Below are positions 61,122-64,000 of a DNA stretch of 64,000 nt, piece by piece. The position numbers and the translations under genes were made by a program. The notes beneath the pieces are model-generated. The model was not told the DNA's origin. It did no database searches and worked only from the letters and a program-made list of their open reading frames with translations. Origin of the DNA: Aplysia californica (lineage: Eukaryota); the NCBI RefSeq assembly GCF_000002075.1, contig NW_004797776.1, positions 233,949 through 297,948 on the forward strand, given 5' to 3'. Position 1 is the stretch's first letter; each line of letters starts with the position of its first letter.

Positions 61122-62219
61122 TGTATAAAGCAGATAGTAAAACATTTAAGACCTGGTAGTATTTCAAAAAATTTAATCACATGTTCAACGTTTCGCCCTC
61201 AACGGGCTTCGTCAGGAATATTCAGAATATAAATGACTACACTAGCTGTAGATAACAAAGTGAATACATACATGTCACAATGCTAAAAGGTGCGGTGAAC
61301 ACAAATCGGAAAGGCCAGACAAAGGGAAACACTAAGGCCCCGCGTCCACTGCGCTTTTTCGTCACTTGCAGGCCAAGCTCACATGCAAATGAGCTTGTTT
61401 TTGTCAGTCATTGACTGCCTTTGCCTGACTATGCGATTTTCCTGCATGCACGCTTTTTGGTCAGTCGTACAGGGGACTAAGAAAACCTTGATTCGACTCA
61501 TTTTGGAAGGAAATTTGCATCTTTAAGTACATTTTTACTTCTTCATTGTACTTTACATGATCAATAAAGTTGTATCTCATTATAATATGTTGTACAATAG
61601 CAGATTTGTGCTGAAAAACAGCAAAAAAATGAAATTAAAGCACTTGATCTAGATCTAGATTATTTCGTTCTCGGGGGAGCTAAAAATAGGCCAGGTTAGA
61701 CCTAGCAGGGGACGTGTCTAGATCTAGATCTACGTTCTCTAATGTTTAGTGCTTCCAATTTTCCGCCAAATTTTAGTTTTCTCCAGACCTTATCTGCCGG
61801 TCCACTAGATACCTTAATTTACCCTTCGCTGATGAAAGTTCGGATGGCCGAGTGAACAGTGTGTCTGCATTTGAAGGCAAACATTATTTTTGTGAGCGTG
61901 GGTTCGAATCCCACCCTCACTTTTTTTTTCTTTTTTTTTTTTTTCTTCTCATCGTCGTCCCAACTTACCAACAATTTTTCCCATAATTATAATTTGTTGC
62001 TTTTTAGTTTTTTAAAGTGGTAAATAAATAAAGAAATCACCTGTGCTGTCTGTTGTTCTCGTAATCATAACACACTAGGCTAAAAATAGGTTTAGCTGGT
62101 CTGACGCCGGTGGACGCGGATCTTTTTGAGTCGCTTCTACACCACGCAAAAACTTTGTACATTAGCTTGGCCTGGAGGTGATCTTATGTAGGTGGACGCG
62201 TAGGCTAAGGCAAGAGGTG

Positions 62220-62274
<55 letters not shown>

Positions 62275-62362
62275 AGAGAGAGAGAGGGAGAGAGAGAGAG
62301 GCGGGGGGCAGGGGGACATTTGCGTGGAGGTAAGGAATATAATAGAATAGTGCAGTGAACGC

Positions 62363-62398
<36 letters not shown>

Positions 62399-64000
62399 CC
62401 ATCATCATTGTTGAACAGGAGGACTTGGACATAGTTCAGAGAATTTTGTTCATATTTTTAAAAAGTAGGTCAAAATTTAGCCCAAAATCAGGAAAATTGG
62501 TAGAAAAAGCAATAAACAACACTGAAGTAACAAAAGCATCCACTTGTTCATTATCACCATCATTATCATCGAATGGAAAAATATTGTAAAGTCAGTCTTC
62601 CACAGGAGCATCATCACAGTACTTTTGCAGAAAAGTAGCGTAAAAGTAGATGCTTAAGGAAAGTTTCAAATAGTTTTATGTAAATGACCCGACCGAAAAA
62701 AATGTATGCAATAAAATGTCTCCAACATTTTACTTCCACAGAATTACAACGTTCTATCTGACATTTTTGGCCGTTTTGAGTAACTAAGATCATGAGGTCA
62801 GAAACCATATGTTCTATCTGCTCTATCAAAATTGTAAGATTATTCGGAATCATTATAAAGATATTCAAAGAATTGCATTCGAAAAAGCTTGACATGTTGA
62901 GAAACTCAACATATTTTACGCCAAATTTCTCAAAACTAGGCACTGGGCAGATAGTTTGTAGTTCTAGGGTAGCAGTTTCCTCAAGATTGACTATGATAAA
63001 GACAGGGAGGAACGCAATCCTTTAATTCACACAATGCTCAGATGAGGTCAGGAGGCACTGAAGTGCAAGGTATGTCCACAGAAGCCTCAGAAAAGCACCC
63101 AACAATTGTGGAAAGCAGCAGCTGATGCCATAAAGGACAAATGTACAGATTTGACTCTCGCAAACAAATGTGTGCGGTCAAAGAAAATCAGGTAAAATGC
63201 ATAGCTGTAATCGACATACAGCCCCAAATCCATAAACTATGAACTTGTAACCAAAATTAAACTTGAACTACTTCCTTTTCCTTAAATCCATTTAACTAAC
63301 TGGAAATTGCAATGGTAATGTCTAAATCGACTAGTTTTGAACTTAAATGACCAATGAACCCAAATATGTCTTAGTTACGAAAACAATGTCAGGGTGTTAG
63401 CGAGCTCTGGTAGCTTATCATCCAAAAATAGACACCTTGTGTTCAGCATGGCTTTCAAGCTTATTTTTCTCTACTTAAAAGTCAAGAAACGTGCAAAACT
63501 TCATATTATGTAGCTTTACTCAAATATGCTCGTAAAAACAATTGCCTCGGTTGAAACATGGGGTTTATTTTGTTGTTGTTTTTTTTTTTTTTTTTTTTTT
63601 TGCGATTCATGAGCCACATGTCAGGCATTACTCGGTCAGATATTGAGCTTTTATAAACTTTCATTGCTGGCGTGCAGAGAAAAAGAGGGTTTTTGTTCAG
63701 CACTATCTTTTTTAAAAGCCCACTAAACAACAAAGTGTCCGAATTTCCCTGGCCAGCAAAACACATTTGGAGAACAATCATTTTTCAATAAAATTCAAAG
63801 TCCTCTCAACTTCCAAGCTTACCGTTGGGCACAACTGCCTTTGGATTGAGGATGGGCGTGTCCGACTCCTCCTCTAGCTCTGCCTCACACTTGTCAATCA
63901 GCTGATCCAGATGGGCATGACGTATCTCATTAAGGTTGACCTTGGAGTCTTTGCCAATCAGACTGAAGCCAGCCCAGTGACACACATGATCCCATCTGGG
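46871..64000 (-). CDS. TTC28-like (TPR-CHAT family) protein, 3' part, 9 exons; 5' part beyond the window
   Basis: Spliced minus-strand translation starts PRWDHVCHWAGFSLIGKD, the C-terminal WAxFxLxG motif of CHAT domains, followed by a TTC28-like post-CHAT region (LLKWLGFHF). Phases are consistent from 60710 through to the stop at 46871. Confidence 0.78.
48976..49054 (-). CDS. TTC28-like exon (SSNLSEEFQDYLERARTWHQTTVVAQ)
   Basis: tcag|C...CAG|gtgggt, phase 2-0. Confidence 0.8.
49117..49980. mobile_element. Tc1/mariner-pogo-type non-autonomous element with an internal 15-bp tandem array
   Basis: TA|CAGTGGGTGCCGCATTCAACGA ... TCGTTGAATGCGACACCCACTAC|TA; about six CATTCAACGAGGTAA units at 49129-49230. 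Confidence 0.75.
50492..51274. mobile_element. Tc1/mariner-pogo (Tigger-like) non-autonomous element, centre in a gap
   Basis: TA|CAGTAGTCTCCGCCTAAACGCACG ... CGTGCATTTAGGCGGAGACTACTG|TA; 24-bp near-perfect TIR with TA TSD. Confidence 0.8.
51390..51466 (-). CDS. TTC28-like exon (LRMSTPWFSVTEHRDEMSEKMKLAK)
   Basis: tcag|CTT...AG|gtgagc, phase 0-2. Confidence 0.8.
52827..52887. repeat. (AAC)n microsatellite adjacent to an exon donor
   Basis: direct inspection. Confidence 0.95.
52904..52966 (-). CDS. TTC28-like exon (SSLTEQPRLPSLTPLILPRNQ)
   Basis: acag|AGC...CAG|gtgatg, 63 nt, phase 0-0. Confidence 0.75.
53488..53727. mobile_element. ~250-bp MITE family; other copies at 55210-55458 (inverted) and 62733-62972
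   Basis: TIR consensus GCTACCCTAGAAT--CAAAGTTCTATCTG / CAGATAGAACTTTG--ATTCTAGGGTAGC; three alignable copies. Confidence 0.72.
53728..54127 (-). mobile_element. long SINE-like family copy 6
   Basis: reverse complement of the consensus. Confidence 0.85.
55486..55597 (-). CDS. TTC28-like exon (QLLSSMLQLLLSFSCHKSPVLLYRLDVNLLGRASDTK)
   Basis: acag|A...AAG|gttaga, phase 2-0. Confidence 0.82.
56992..57149 (-). CDS. TTC28-like exon (MSITKHAPEIQLKVTDLSVHPLWHYTKTRALLQATGFHQVGLLLTFNMMATH)
   Basis: ccag|ATG...AA|gtgagt, phase 0-2. Confidence 0.85.
58127..58212 (-). CDS. TTC28-like exon (ELSASPKCVSALTEALPITQDNISCLIDL)
   Basis: tcag|AA...CTG|gtgagg, phase 1-0. Confidence 0.82.
58653..59066. mobile_element. 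~410-bp MITE with ~35-bp imperfect TIRs, representative copy; others at about 520-788 (partial), 27917-28348, 48455-48625 (partial), 54177-54618, 55910-56332
   Basis: left end TGTGAGGCAACGTAGTGAGATCAGGTGCTCGTCAA; right end reverse complement TGTGTCGCGACGCAGTGGAATCAGGCGCTCGTCAA; internal similarity among 6 copies. Confidence 0.8.
59098..59323 (-). CDS. TTC28-like exon (LDAALKRLHTMENNRQP...ALLKWLGFHFQAK...DALKAVI)
   Basis: tcag|CTG...G|gtgagt, 226 nt, phase 0-1. Confidence 0.88.
60617..60697. repeat. (CA)n microsatellite
   Basis: direct inspection. Confidence 0.95.
60710..60804 (-). CDS. TTC28-like exon, 5' part in a gap (EHNLSVLQKHVRSLLKEHYKNPRVITDLVDL)
   Basis: CTG|gttagt phase-0 donor; acceptor hidden by N run 60805-60964. 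Confidence 0.75.
61070..61121. repeat. (CAT)n microsatellite
   Basis: direct inspection. Confidence 0.95.
61335..62122. mobile_element. Putative PIF/Harbinger-like non-autonomous element carrying a tRNA-like segment
   Basis: left end TAA-GGCCCCGCGTCCACTGCG; right end reverse complement AAAGATCCGCGTCCACCGGCG (imperfect TIR with core CCGCGTCCAC). Confidence 0.5.
61839..61920 (+). pseudogene. degenerate tRNA-Leu-like sequence with A box, B box and oligo-T terminator
   Basis: GTTCGGATGGCCGAGTG...GAGCGTGGGTTCGAATCCCACC then a T run; the anticodon arm does not pair, so it is not called as a functional tRNA. Confidence 0.55.
62222..62300. repeat. (AG)n microsatellite
   Basis: direct inspection. 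Confidence 0.95.
63823..64000 (-). CDS. TTC28-like exon, end of CHAT domain (PRWDHVCHWAGFSLIGKDSKVNLNEIRHAHLDQL...PKAVVPN); truncated by the window edge
   Basis: open frame on the minus strand, donor G|gtaagc at 63822. Confidence 0.85.

Noticed and set aside
60769-61232. Poly-Asp / poly-His ORFs
   Set aside because: Translations of a (CAT)n microsatellite beside a gap.

Overview
AT-rich, intron-rich animal genomic DNA with many N gaps. The repeat style and gene structure suggest a lophotrochozoan, probably a gastropod mollusc (inference). Two convergent multi-exon genes occupy the window. (1) + strand, 2059-38620: a golgin A2 / GM130 (GOLGA2) orthologue. I could trace 22 coding exons by GT-AG sites and reading phase; the start-codon exon lies upstream of the window. 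Its 3' end is out of order: the terminal exon (32122-32458, ...[12 protein letters not shown]) sits 5' of three exons that should precede it (37088-38620), within one ungapped contig, and some middle exons are absent. (2) - strand, 46871-64000: the last 9 exons of a TTC28-like CHAT-domain protein (HWAGFSLIG motif, then two PUB-like segments). Introns and the intergenic region hold three non-LTR retro-element families sharing one 3' tail, several TIR-bounded MITE families, a minisatellite and microsatellites. Other candidates: a 6-nt in-frame microexon, an intronic CpG-rich cluster of RFX and nuclear-receptor motifs, and a tRNA-Leu-like Pol III unit inside a TIR element. Almost all ORFs in the supplied track are spurious. 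I see no prokaryote-type novel system; the scrambled GM130 3' end is the most striking signal but may be an assembly artefact.
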